The position numbers and the translations under genes were made by a program. From a virus (lineage: Duplodnaviria; Caudoviricetes), in IMG/VR virus record IMGVR_UViG_3300037311_000166, positions 1 to 42,911 of that record: a DNA stretch of 42,911 nt. One strand, written 5' to 3'. Below the pieces are notes generated by a model, which searched no databases, was not told where the DNA came from, and was given only the letters and a program-made list of their open reading frames with translations. Positions 1-7,453 of the stretch are shown one piece after another. The first letter of the stretch is position 1; each line of letters opens with the position of its first letter.

Positions 1-127
1 TGAAGGATAAGGAGGACAAGATGAAGTCGTTAGAAACAATGAAGGATAAGGAGGACAAGATGAAGTCGTTAGAAACAATGAAGGATAAGGAGGACAAGAT
101 GAAGTCGTTAGAAACAATGAAGGATAA
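1..127 (+). repeat. 39-bp tandem repeat (3 full copies plus a partial), continuing from the right end of the contig
   Basis: Unit TGAAGGATAAGGAGGACAAGATGAAGTCGTTAGAAACAA at 1, 40 and 79, partial at 118; each unit contains GGAGG followed by an ATG. Confidence 0.97.
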
Positions 128-563
128 ACTGTACCATATAGTTGATGGCCAGATAATTGAAGGCCCGAATAAGAAAATGAGCGGCGATTGCTCTGGGTTG
201 ACAGGTGATTGCACTGTGTTGGTTGGCAATGGCTCTGGGTTGACAGGTGATTGCACTAATCTTTTTGGTTCTTTGGACTTCATCCCAATGAACATGAGGG
301 AATCATTACCAAATTTAAGAGAATTGGGTTATGTGCTCAAGTTTAGAGCAGATTCAAGTTTAAGGGAGTGGGTTTGGGAAAACAAAACATGGTTAAAACG
401 CATGCGAATATATCAACCCGAAAAACAAACAATACAACTAGAAGAGAAAAAAACAATACAACTAGAAGAGAAACAAACAATACAACTAGAAGAGAAACAA
501 ACAATACAACTAGAAGAGAAAAAAACAATACAACTAGCGGAGAAAAATCAGGATCACTTTTAA
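21..563 (+). CDS. Repeat-rich hypothetical protein (true start probably 42802, across the circular junction)
   Basis: 13-aa, 7-aa (GDCSGLT) and 8-aa (EKQTIQLE) repeats; core is paralogous to 591..788. Confidence 0.8.
   Translation: MKSLETMKDKEDKMKSLETMKDKEDKMKSLETMKDKLYHIVDGQIIEGPNKKMSGDCSGLTGDCTVLVGNGSGLTGDCTNLFGSLDFIPMNMRESLPNLRELGYVLKFRADSSLREWVWENKTWLKRMRIYQPEKQTIQLEEKKTIQLEEKQTIQLEEKQTIQLEEKKTIQLAEKNQDHF
420..545 (+). repeat. 24-bp coding tandem repeat x5
   Basis: GARAAAMAAACAATACAACTAGAA at 420, 444, 468, 492 and 516 (last copy ends GCG). Confidence 0.95.
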
Positions 564-590
564 GAATACTAACAAAACAAGGAGAACAAA

Positions 591-788
591 ATGAAGCCGC
601 TTAAAATAATAAAAAACAAACTGTATTATAAATTTGATGGGGAAAAAATTGATGGTCCAAACGGGAGTATGACTGGTGATTGCTCTGGGTTGAGTGGTGA
701 TTGCACTTGGTTAAGGGGTGATCTGGATGAAATCCCTATGAAGGATCGGGAATTGAAACCAAATCTGCCTGATTGGGTTGAAGGATAA
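591..788 (+). CDS. Small GDCSGL-repeat protein, paralog of the preceding gene
   Basis: Shared KLY..DG..I.GPN..M.GDCSGL.GDCT...G.LD.IPM..RE..PNL; RBS AAGGAG. Confidence 0.85.
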   Translation: MKPLKIIKNKLYYKFDGEKIDGPNGSMTGDCSGLSGDCTWLRGDLDEIPMKDRELKPNLPDWVEG

Positions 789-807
789 AACAAGGAGGAC
801 AAAATGA
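786..807 (+). repeat. 22-bp stop-RBS-start direct repeat, copy 1
   Basis: TAAAACAAGGAGGACAAAATGA, identical to 1386-1407. Confidence 0.9.
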
Positions 808-1388
808 TTATCACTTTAGAAAAAGATGAGATGCTTGGGAAACCATTTCCGGCTATTCCTCTAGGTTGGCAATTTATAGTTGGCGGTGCTGTCAGGTCTT
901 GGTTTTGCGGAGAAACACTGTCTGACATCGATTTAGCGTTTAACGACGAGAAACAGATGAAAGCCTATTCCGAAATTCTTGAAAAAGCAGGCTATAAAAA
1001 AGTTTTCTCTCACGAGAACGCTGATACATTTAAAAATGGCTCGGTCATTATCCAAACTTTAAAGAAATACTGGACAGATATAGATTCTATGTTTCGCTCT
1101 TTTGACTTTGACTTGTGCTGTTTTGCGATTGATTCACAGGGCTGTATTTTCACAACTAAAAAAGCAGTTTTATCTGTGTTAAGAAAAAGGCTGTCCGTCA
1201 ATACGATTCAATCTGGCTATGAATTAGATTCTTTGCGTAGGGCTTTTAAGTATTTTGAGAAAGGATACAAGCCTTGCTACGGTTGCTTGCATGACATCGC
1301 AAAATCTTTAGGCATGGACGAAGAGACTTTAAAAAAGCAAATTGAATTTTATGCAGACGGATCGGCCAGAGTGATTCGTTTTGATTAA
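804..1388 (+). CDS. Minimal nucleotidyltransferase (CCA-adding/poly(A) polymerase head-domain-like)
   Basis: IVGGAVRS...DIDL catalytic motif, FDFDLC (RDFT-like) motif, LRRAFKY motif. Confidence 0.75.
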   Translation: MIITLEKDEMLGKPFPAIPLGWQFIVGGAVRSWFCGETLSDIDLAFNDEKQMKAYSEILEKAGYKKVFSHENADTFKNGSVIIQTLKKYWTDIDSMFRSFDFDLCCFAIDSQGCIFTTKKAVLSVLRKRLSVNTIQSGYELDSLRRAFKYFEKGYKPCYGCLHDIAKSLGMDEETLKKQIEFYADGSARVIRFD

Positions 1389-1407
1389 AACAAGGAGGAC
1401 AAAATGA
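1386..1407 (+). repeat. 22-bp stop-RBS-start direct repeat, copy 2
   Basis: TAAAACAAGGAGGACAAAATGA. Confidence 0.9.
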
Positions 1408-1721
1408 GACAAATCACACAAGAAGAATTTGATGCGCTGCCAGTTGTTTATGATCGGAAACAATGTCCTGCATACACTGATTATTCGTTGATTACAGTAA
1501 TACCAGATAACTGCGTCTTTGGTGGAGGATGTCGTTTCGGTGAAGCGAGTAGCTTCGGTAATGCGTGTAGCTTCGGTAGGGAGTGTAGCTTTGGTAGAGG
1601 ATGCAGCTTCGGTGGATGGTGTCGCTTCGGTGAAAAATGTATTTTAGGTGGATCGTGTAGCATCGGTGGGTGGTGTCGCTTCGAGAAAGGATGTATCTTA
1701 GTTAGAGCAAGACTTTGCTGA
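1404..1721 (+). CDS. Hexapeptide-repeat (FGxxCx) beta-helix protein
   Basis: About 10 tandem FGxxC[SR]-type hexapeptides; strong RBS. Confidence 0.75.
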   Translation: MRQITQEEFDALPVVYDRKQCPAYTDYSLITVIPDNCVFGGGCRFGEASSFGNACSFGRECSFGRGCSFGGWCRFGEKCILGGSCSIGGWCRFEKGCILVRARLC

Positions 1722-1820
1722 ACTCAAGGAGCGGATCAAGCAGTTTGAATGAAGAATGATCAAGAGGGGCCTTTACTCAAAGTAGTTGCTAACAGCACCA
1801 AATGTGTGTATTGCTTGTTT

Positions 1821-2309
1821 ATGAAATGGAAATCAGTCAAAAATTACGAAGAAAGATATGAGGTTTCTGATTGTGGCATAATTAGAAAGGTTCCATGCAA
1901 GTCAGTAATTGGTCAATGGATTAACGATCAGGGATATTGTTTAGTTAGACTTTCAAACCCAAGAGCAGTGTTTCGTGTTCATCGATTAGTTGCAGATGCT
2001 TTTATCCCCAATCCAGATTTGTTGCCATGTGTCAACCACATCGACTGCGTTCGTCATAACAACCATGCTTGTAATTTAGAATGGTGTACTCAGTCGCAAA
2101 ACATTGAGCACTCGGATCGGCTTGGGCGGATGAAACGTGATTACTGGAAGGGGAAGAGGTCGCCAAATGCTAAATTATCAGATCAACAAGCGGACGAAAT
2201 AAGACAGATGTATGTGAAAGGAAACATATCTTGGGAAAAATTGGCCAAGATGTTTAAGACTAACAAACGAACGATTGGGCGAATTGTGCGAAGGGAAACA
2301 TATATTTAA
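1821..2309 (+). CDS. NUMOD4-HNH homing endonuclease
   Basis: WKSVKNYEERYEVSDCG (NUMOD4-like), VHRLVADAFIPN...VNHID...NNHACNLEWCT (HNH), C-terminal HTH; start re-called at MKWKS. Confidence 0.9.
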   Translation: MKWKSVKNYEERYEVSDCGIIRKVPCKSVIGQWINDQGYCLVRLSNPRAVFRVHRLVADAFIPNPDLLPCVNHIDCVRHNNHACNLEWCTQSQNIEHSDRLGRMKRDYWKGKRSPNAKLSDQQADEIRQMYVKGNISWEKLAKMFKTNKRTIGRIVRRETYI

Positions 2310-2310
2310 T

Positions 2311-2364
2311 TATGCCCCAACAAACTGGATGCCACTGCCTGATGCGCCAAAGGATGTGTTATGA
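2311..2364 (+). pseudogene. DUF551-like C-terminal remnant
   Basis: YAPTNWMPLPDAPKDVL* in the +1 frame directly after the HNH stop; resembles the DUF551 THWMPLPEPP motif. Confidence 0.45.
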
Positions 2365-2381
2365 ACCTTAAAGGAGGTATT

Positions 2382-2702
2382 GTGCATCTTAATCAAGGAA
2401 CAAGAAAAGCAAGAAAAAATCATCGATGTGAGCTTTGCGGCTTAAACATTCTTGCAGGAACAAAATATGAATTTCATAGTTGGGTTGACAGCGGTTCAGT
2501 TTATGAAATGAAATATCACCAGATATGCTTGGGTAAAATTTCACACTGGAAAAATGATGACTGGGTTGATTGGGATTTTGATTATGAATGGTTCAGAAGT
2601 GAATACAGTATAACTCAAGAACTGATTGATGGCGGCACATGGGTTCCCCGTGAAGCACTGGATTTTCAACAACTAGAAAGAAAAAAACATGAGCGAAATT
2701 AA
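2382..2702 (+). CDS. Small zinc-finger protein
   Basis: RKARKNHRCELCG...HQIC; AGGAGG before the GTG at 2382. Confidence 0.7.
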   Translation: MHLNQGTRKARKNHRCELCGLNILAGTKYEFHSWVDSGSVYEMKYHQICLGKISHWKNDDWVDWDFDYEWFRSEYSITQELIDGGTWVPREALDFQQLERKKHERN

Positions 2703-3045
2703 ACAATGGGATGTTGTCTCTTACGGACAAAACTTAGGAATAGTAACGCAAATATATTATGATGATTTGCTTAAAACAGAGTTGGCCTCAGTGTTTAGTC
2801 CAACAAATATACGGTTCATGGATTACAGAATCGATTCTTTAAAAAAAGAGCATGATAAAGTAGCCATAGCACCATCCATGGTCATGTCTCGCAGTAGCGC
2901 CACCGGAATTATACGCCGTGTTGTAATGACATCGCTATACACGTTTGAAGAATACCAGTTTGCGCGTGATAACTATTCGACAGAAGAAGTAACGTGGTCA
3001 TGGCCGTATAGTATTACAAGTCTGGTGATCGTTGATAAGACTTAA
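2689..3045 (+). CDS. Hypothetical protein
   Basis: 118-aa ORF overlapping the upstream stop within the operon. Confidence 0.7.
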   Translation: MSEIKQWDVVSYGQNLGIVTQIYYDDLLKTELASVFSPTNIRFMDYRIDSLKKEHDKVAIAPSMVMSRSSATGIIRRVVMTSLYTFEEYQFARDNYSTEEVTWSWPYSITSLVIVDKT

Positions 3046-3046
3046 C

Positions 3047-3063
3047 AACCCGCCCCGATGGGG
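3047..3063 (+). repeat. 17-bp direct repeat, left of the Tad1-like gene
   Basis: AACCCGCCCCGATGGGG; contains a CCCC-GAT-GGGG mini-hairpin. Confidence 0.85.
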
Positions 3064-3082
3064 CAAAACGAAAGGTAATAAT

Positions 3083-3403
3083 ATGTTACAAAAAGTAACA
3101 AGCACTTTTAAACACGACGACAATGGTAATCCAGCCGGCGGTAGTACTACTGGTACAGGGATTGATATTCAATGGCAAGACGGCCCTTTAGGCCCTCCAG
3201 AAAATAGACTTCCAGCTAATGGCGCATTTATAGAAGGAGTAATTCAAGCGGCAATTGAACGATTGGAGTTTTTCCAACATTCAAAATTCTCATGCCGCGA
3301 AAATGCAATTGCTTTAACGCATTTGGAGACAGCTTTATTGTGGCTACAGAAACGAACGATGGACAGAGAAATGCGCGGCGTTGAAGGGCAGCATAAGATT
3401 TAA
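3083..3403 (+). CDS. tad1: Tad1-like anti-Thoeris/anti-CBASS nucleotide-sponge protein
   Basis: IQWQDGP...NG...RLEFFQHSKFSCRENAIALTHLETALLWLQKRTMDREMRGVEG matches the Tad1 C-terminal signature as I recall it; start re-called after GAAAGGT. Confidence 0.75.
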   Translation: MLQKVTSTFKHDDNGNPAGGSTTGTGIDIQWQDGPLGPPENRLPANGAFIEGVIQAAIERLEFFQHSKFSCRENAIALTHLETALLWLQKRTMDREMRGVEGQHKI

Positions 3404-3404
3404 T

Positions 3405-3421
3405 AACCCGCCCCGATGGGG
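3405..3421 (+). repeat. 17-bp direct repeat, right of the Tad1-like gene
   Basis: AACCCGCCCCGATGGGG. Confidence 0.85.
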
Positions 3422-3441
3422 AATGAAGAAGGAGAAAGAAA

Positions 3442-3672
3442 ATGCAATTAACAGACAAGGCAAAGCAATTAATCAAAGAGTTGGAGAATGAGGAAGAAGA
3501 AATTAGTGAAGAGCTAGTCTCTATGCACCACTCCTTAGAAGATTTTTACTACAATCTTTTTGATGGAGGCTACATAAAACTTGAAGAATGGCTTGAAGGT
3601 GATGATCTCATCAAAGTAAAAAATGCTGTTGAGGTCCTCCTAAATTTCAAAAATAAATTGCCTGAGGTTTAA
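3442..3672 (+). CDS. Small acidic hypothetical protein
   Basis: RBS AAGGAG; Glu/Asp-rich, 76 aa. Confidence 0.8.
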   Translation: MQLTDKAKQLIKELENEEEEISEELVSMHHSLEDFYYNLFDGGYIKLEEWLEGDDLIKVKNAVEVLLNFKNKLPEV

Positions 3673-3683
3673 AACTTTTTTCT

Positions 3684-3744
3684 TCCCAGCCTGAACGTCC
3701 GCCTCACGCGGTGTAGTCTCTGACGAGAGACTCTAGGGCTGGGA
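3684..3744 (+). ncRNA. Putative three-way-junction RNA element
   Basis: TCCCAGCC/GGCTGGGA closes the hairpins CCGC/GCGG and AGTCTC/GAGACT. Confidence 0.45.
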
Positions 3745-3753
3745 CGATGAAAT

Positions 3754-3864
3754 CACGGGGCAGCGCGGACGGTGACGCGCAGGTGGGGCGCTACCTCCAT
3801 AAGCATCGCGACCTAGGAATCGTAAGAGTCGTGCAGGGAGCCGGTTCAATTCCGGCCCCCGTGA
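3754..3864 (+). ncRNA. tRNA-like RNA lacking a canonical anticodon arm and CCA
   Basis: Acceptor stem CACGGGG/CCCCGTG, D arm GCGC-GGACGGTGAC-GCGC, T arm GCCGG-TTCAATT-CCGGC; 59-nt atypical centre. Confidence 0.8.
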
Positions 3865-3944
3865 ATATAATGGAGATTTTATGACAGAAAAACATCACTG
3901 CCCGATGACATTACGTATGATAACAATACAAACAAGGAGCCAGC

Positions 3945-4166
3945 ATGATAACCAACTCACTGCGTAACATAATCAACCAAATCGATTGCTCGAAAGAGCC
4001 TAACGAGATCCTCAACGATAAATGCGAGCTTCGTAAAGCGATACTGCATAAAGTCATTGACGTGTTTGAAAAGGAAGGCCTGCCGCTTGAGCGTGTGCCT
4101 CCGCCTAAGCCTGATCCCGTAGACCATATTCACCCAGGATGGGCGATGATGTGGAGATCAAAATGA
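3945..4166 (+). CDS. Hypothetical protein
   Basis: RBS AAGGAG; 73 aa. Confidence 0.7.
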   Translation: MITNSLRNIINQIDCSKEPNEILNDKCELRKAILHKVIDVFEKEGLPLERVPPPKPDPVDHIHPGWAMMWRSK

Positions 4167-4366
4167 AAAAAATTGAGCGCTTGGATATTCTTGAGGAATT
4201 GGACAATCTCAAACGTATTATTGAAGAGAAGTCTATTAAAATTGAGGGTTTTGAATACGACACTTTAGAATTTATTCAGCTTATCCGCGATGTCATTGTA
4301 GCACAAAAAGAAATGTATTTTTCATTATTGCATCAGAGAGAAGGTAAAGATGTCACAACGCATTAA
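4163..4366 (+). CDS. Hypothetical protein
   Basis: GGAG plus ATG at 4163 coupled to the upstream stop. Confidence 0.7.
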   Translation: MKKIERLDILEELDNLKRIIEEKSIKIEGFEYDTLEFIQLIRDVIVAQKEMYFSLLHQREGKDVTTH

Positions 4367-4850
4367 GTCCGGAGCGTACTCAAGGAACGCTGGCGCTAGG
4401 TTTGAGCGAGAGTGTGCTAGCTGGGTAAGATCGATGGGGTTTGATTGTTATCGTTCAGCCCAGGTCAAGCAAAATAATAACGCTCACGATTTGACTTCCG
4501 ACACGTTTCCATGGGTCATTGAATGTAAGTGGCGTGCAAACTACAGCCTGCATCAAATATGGGATGATCTTTGTTTAACTGCTAGTCACTCCAGGGATCG
4601 TCCTCCCATGCTGCTTTGGAGGCACGCTTGCCGGTCAATGCTTGTATGCTTAAACATTGCTGGTCTAAAGCCAATACCAGAATTGCATGAATATGCGTTC
4701 CTTAAAGCTAAATCTGAGAGGGGCACTTTTTGGAATTTATTTGAGCCACCAGCATCAAAATTCTTTTATAAAGAACGCGCCATAATTGTTTTTGATTCTG
4801 ATTTTTTTTCTAAAATAATTGTAAAAAATTTGGATTTTTTAAAATCTTAG
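4350..4850 (+). CDS. PD-(D/E)xK Holliday junction resolvase-like nuclease
   Basis: SRNAGARFERECA...HDL...IECK motif. Confidence 0.75.
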   Translation: MSQRIKSGAYSRNAGARFERECASWVRSMGFDCYRSAQVKQNNNAHDLTSDTFPWVIECKWRANYSLHQIWDDLCLTASHSRDRPPMLLWRHACRSMLVCLNIAGLKPIPELHEYAFLKAKSERGTFWNLFEPPASKFFYKERAIIVFDSDFFSKIIVKNLDFLKS

Positions 4851-4865
4851 TTAAGAAAGTTTTAT

Positions 4866-5294
4866 ATGTCTGAAGGCAAAACAAAAAGACAGCAAAGATT
4901 GCTTGAGGAATATTTAAAAGAAAAACAAATAGAGAAACCCGAAGGGCTTGGCTTTGTAGATTTTTTTGAAAAGGTTGATGATGCAGATTGGCGCCCTCTT
5001 TCAATTGATCAAACCATGGCATTAACCATAAAAGATTTTTTAACAAACAGGCGTATCATGGGAAAAATTCAAGTTGAAACTCGGTATTTTTATTTCACAA
5101 CGTATGAGCAGGATAAGAAAAACTTGCAAATAAAATATCCTAACAACCCAGTCATTTGCCTGTCTCAAGTGTTGGGTAATTGGCTAAGCAAGCTTAATGA
5201 TCCCCTGACTTCAATCGATATTTTTGTTTTGGGAACAATGGGCGCAACGCTATCGGGCGTAAAAGAGGGAGTAGATTATGAACCATTCGCATAA
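4866..5294 (+). CDS. Hypothetical protein
   Basis: 142-aa ORF within the operon. Confidence 0.7.
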   Translation: MSEGKTKRQQRLLEEYLKEKQIEKPEGLGFVDFFEKVDDADWRPLSIDQTMALTIKDFLTNRRIMGKIQVETRYFYFTTYEQDKKNLQIKYPNNPVICLSQVLGNWLSKLNDPLTSIDIFVLGTMGATLSGVKEGVDYEPFA

Positions 5295-5559
5295 TGATAA
5301 TCAACATCACAGTTCGTATTCCATCTGCACTAGGATCCCTCCAGAGATCTACAATGCCATGGTTGTTTTTATGGATAGGTATGGTCATGAGGTGTTTGGT
5401 GATGAGTACAAGTGGAGAAACAAGCTAAACATGAGCAAGCTTATCTTGTCCGCCACGGTCAGGTTTATGGACTGGTTTGTTGCGGAGGGATCGACCAAGC
5501 CGCTTGAGGGCGGTCTCGGGGAACTCATTGGAAATGGGAAAAACTATGAAACTTTTTAA
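5278..5559 (+). CDS. Possible ribbon-helix-helix DNA-binding protein
   Basis: SICTRIPPEIYNAM...NMSKLILSA pattern; GGGAG RBS. Confidence 0.45.
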   Translation: MNHSHNDNQHHSSYSICTRIPPEIYNAMVVFMDRYGHEVFGDEYKWRNKLNMSKLILSATVRFMDWFVAEGSTKPLEGGLGELIGNGKNYETF

Positions 5560-6976
5560 GCATCAAGCAGAAGCTTTGCAAACCTTTTGGACATTGCCCA
5601 GTGGACCAAACGCCTTCGGCCTTTTTGACGAGCAAGGTCTTGGCAAAACTTTTACGATGTTGTGCCACCTAGCGAAGCTTTGTAAGACCACGCCTATCTT
5701 TCCAGTCTTGATAGTTTGTCCCAAAAACGTCATGCCCGTATGGCAAAAGGAAATCCTATCTTTTTCGAAAGATTTGTCTGTCATGCTAACAGGGCCAATC
5801 AAGGGAAGGCAAAAAGCCTGGGCGGCCATGAGGGACAAGGAAAGGTTTTTCATCATAAACTATGAGGGGTTTAGGAGTATAGATTTTGGTGACGCATTGC
5901 CGACCACGATCATTTGCGATGAGTCACACAGGATGAAATCGATCAAGTCGTTGGTGACAACGAAATTCCTTAAGGTTCGAGATTCGGTTCCGAACAAATT
6001 TATTTTATCCGGCACGCCGATAGGCCGATCTCCCGAGGATATATGGCCCCAGGCCGAGTTCATCTGTCCGAATTCTCTGGGCTCCATTTGGGCGTTCAGA
6101 AGCCGGTACATAGCCAGTCGAGAGATTACGTTGAAGAGCGGTAAGAGAGTTAAGATTCCTGTTGGAACAAAGAATATGATGGAGCTAAATCAAAAGCTTT
6201 CCGCTTTTTCAATACGGCGAACAAAGAAAGACTGTCTGGATTTGCCTGAAAAGATCTATCAAACCGCCTACGCTTTTATGGAGGGCGAGCAGTTAAAAGC
6301 CTATCAAGCCCTGGCAAGTTCTTTAAAGGCCCAGCTTCAGGACAAAAGCATTGAGATGTCCAATGCGCTTGTCCAGCTTTCAAAGCTAAGGCAAATTCTT
6401 CAAGGATTTCTTTACACTGACACGGGGACAATCACGTTTGAGAAAAACGCAAAACTTTTGGCCTTGTTCGACTTGTTCGAAGACCTCTTAATTTCGAACA
6501 AAAAAATAATTATCATGTCCGAATTCATTGAAGATATAAAAATTCTTGACAACTTTTTAAGAGAGTATACAAAAGAGCACAAAAAGGAAGGTGAAGTCTG
6601 GGATGTTTTTATTTACGGAGGAGAGGCTCAAGAGCGCAAGCAGATTGAAGATGCTTTCAACCGTTCAAATCAAGCATTCCTGATTTCAACGATCGGAAAA
6701 ATAAAGGAAGGTGTGACGCTGACAACTTCGTCGGTCATAATTTACTATGCCAATACATATAACTACATCAGTAGGGCCCAGTCTGAGGATAGGATCCACA
6801 GGATTGGGCAGTCGAAAGATTGTATTTATATCGATCTGGTCGTAAGTGAATCGATTGATGAGGCTGTCTTGTCTAACCTTCACGGCAAACGCAAGATGGC
6901 TGATGCCATAGTGGATGGCGTCATCTCGGAAGGCGGAATGGAGCGGGAAATTTTAAGCCTGCTCAAAGGAGACTGA
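5546..6976 (+). CDS. SNF2-family DEAD/H helicase
   Basis: DEQGLGKT (motif I), DESH (II), LSGTP (III), QSEDRIHRIGQ (VI); start re-called at MKLFKHQ. Confidence 0.92.
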   Translation: MKLFKHQAEALQTFWTLPSGPNAFGLFDEQGLGKTFTMLCHLAKLCKTTPIFPVLIVCPKNVMPVWQKEILSFSKDLSVMLTGPIKGRQKAWAAMRDKERFFIINYEGFRSIDFGDALPTTIICDESHRMKSIKSLVTTKFLKVRDSVPNKFILSGTPIGRSPEDIWPQAEFICPNSLGSIWAFRSRYIASREITLKSGKRVKIPVGTKNMMELNQKLSAFSIRRTKKDCLDLPEKIYQTAYAFMEGEQLKAYQALASSLKAQLQDKSIEMSNALVQLSKLRQILQGFLYTDTGTITFEKNAKLLALFDLFEDLLISNKKIIIMSEFIEDIKILDNFLREYTKEHKKEGEVWDVFIYGGEAQERKQIEDAFNRSNQAFLISTIGKIKEGVTLTTSSVIIYYANTYNYISRAQSEDRIHRIGQSKDCIYIDLVVSESIDEAVLSNLHGKRKMADAIVDGVISEGGMEREILSLLKGD

Positions 6977-6978
6977 AC

Positions 6979-7443
6979 ATGATGGAACTTGTAGAAAAAT
7001 TGGCTGGCATGGCCGATAACATTGGAGCTGACAGAGCCCCTTTTGATGATGTCAAGCCTGAACTGGAAAAGCTGGCTAATCATCTGGCGTTCCTTCAGGG
7101 CGAGAAAGACGGTCTTGAGGATAGGCTATCTCAAAAGAACGCGGAGATCGTTAACTGTCAAAACCAAATTTTGAAACTCTGGGGCCCGTACATTGAGGGG
7201 TGCAATCGATCAGAGTTGAAATTGAATGACGGCTTTCTCAAATCGGAACTTGTTCTCAATACTTCCGTTGAGGACATGGATGAGGTTGTGAAATGGCTGG
7301 AACAAAATCAACCCGATGTTTTGAGACTCCAAGTCCACCATTCAACTCTCAAATCAGTAGCAAAGAAAAGACTTGAGGCCGAAGGCGAAACAATCCCAGG
7401 TCTCAAATACAGCACATTCACAAAAGTTAAAGTATCTTTTTAG
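6979..7443 (+). CDS. Coiled-coil recombination accessory protein (Gp157/Gam-like)
   Basis: N-terminal coiled coil; C-terminal LK....K...GETIPGL motif; located in the replication module. Confidence 0.5.
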   Translation: MMELVEKLAGMADNIGADRAPFDDVKPELEKLANHLAFLQGEKDGLEDRLSQKNAEIVNCQNQILKLWGPYIEGCNRSELKLNDGFLKSELVLNTSVEDMDEVVKWLEQNQPDVLRLQVHHSTLKSVAKKRLEAEGETIPGLKYSTFTKVKVSF

Positions 7444-7453
7444 AAAGAAGTTT

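Noticed and set aside
1-545. CRISPR array or anti-CRISPR mini-array in the 39-bp and 24-bp repeats
   Set aside because: Units are head-to-tail with no unique spacers, are multiples of 3 and lie in coding frame
180-710. Diversity-generating retroelement TR/VR pair
   Set aside because: No reverse transcriptase in the genome and differences are not adenine-specific; simple paralogy explains the similarity
3720-3752. Second hammerhead suggested by CTGACGA...GAAA
   Set aside because: No stem II closing onto GAAA and no compatible stems I/III; the CTGACGA sits in a hairpin loop
3790-3803. Assigning a CAT (Met) or CCA (Trp) anticodon to the tRNA-like RNA
   Set aside because: Flanking bases do not form a 5-bp anticodon stem and the spacing from the D arm is wrong
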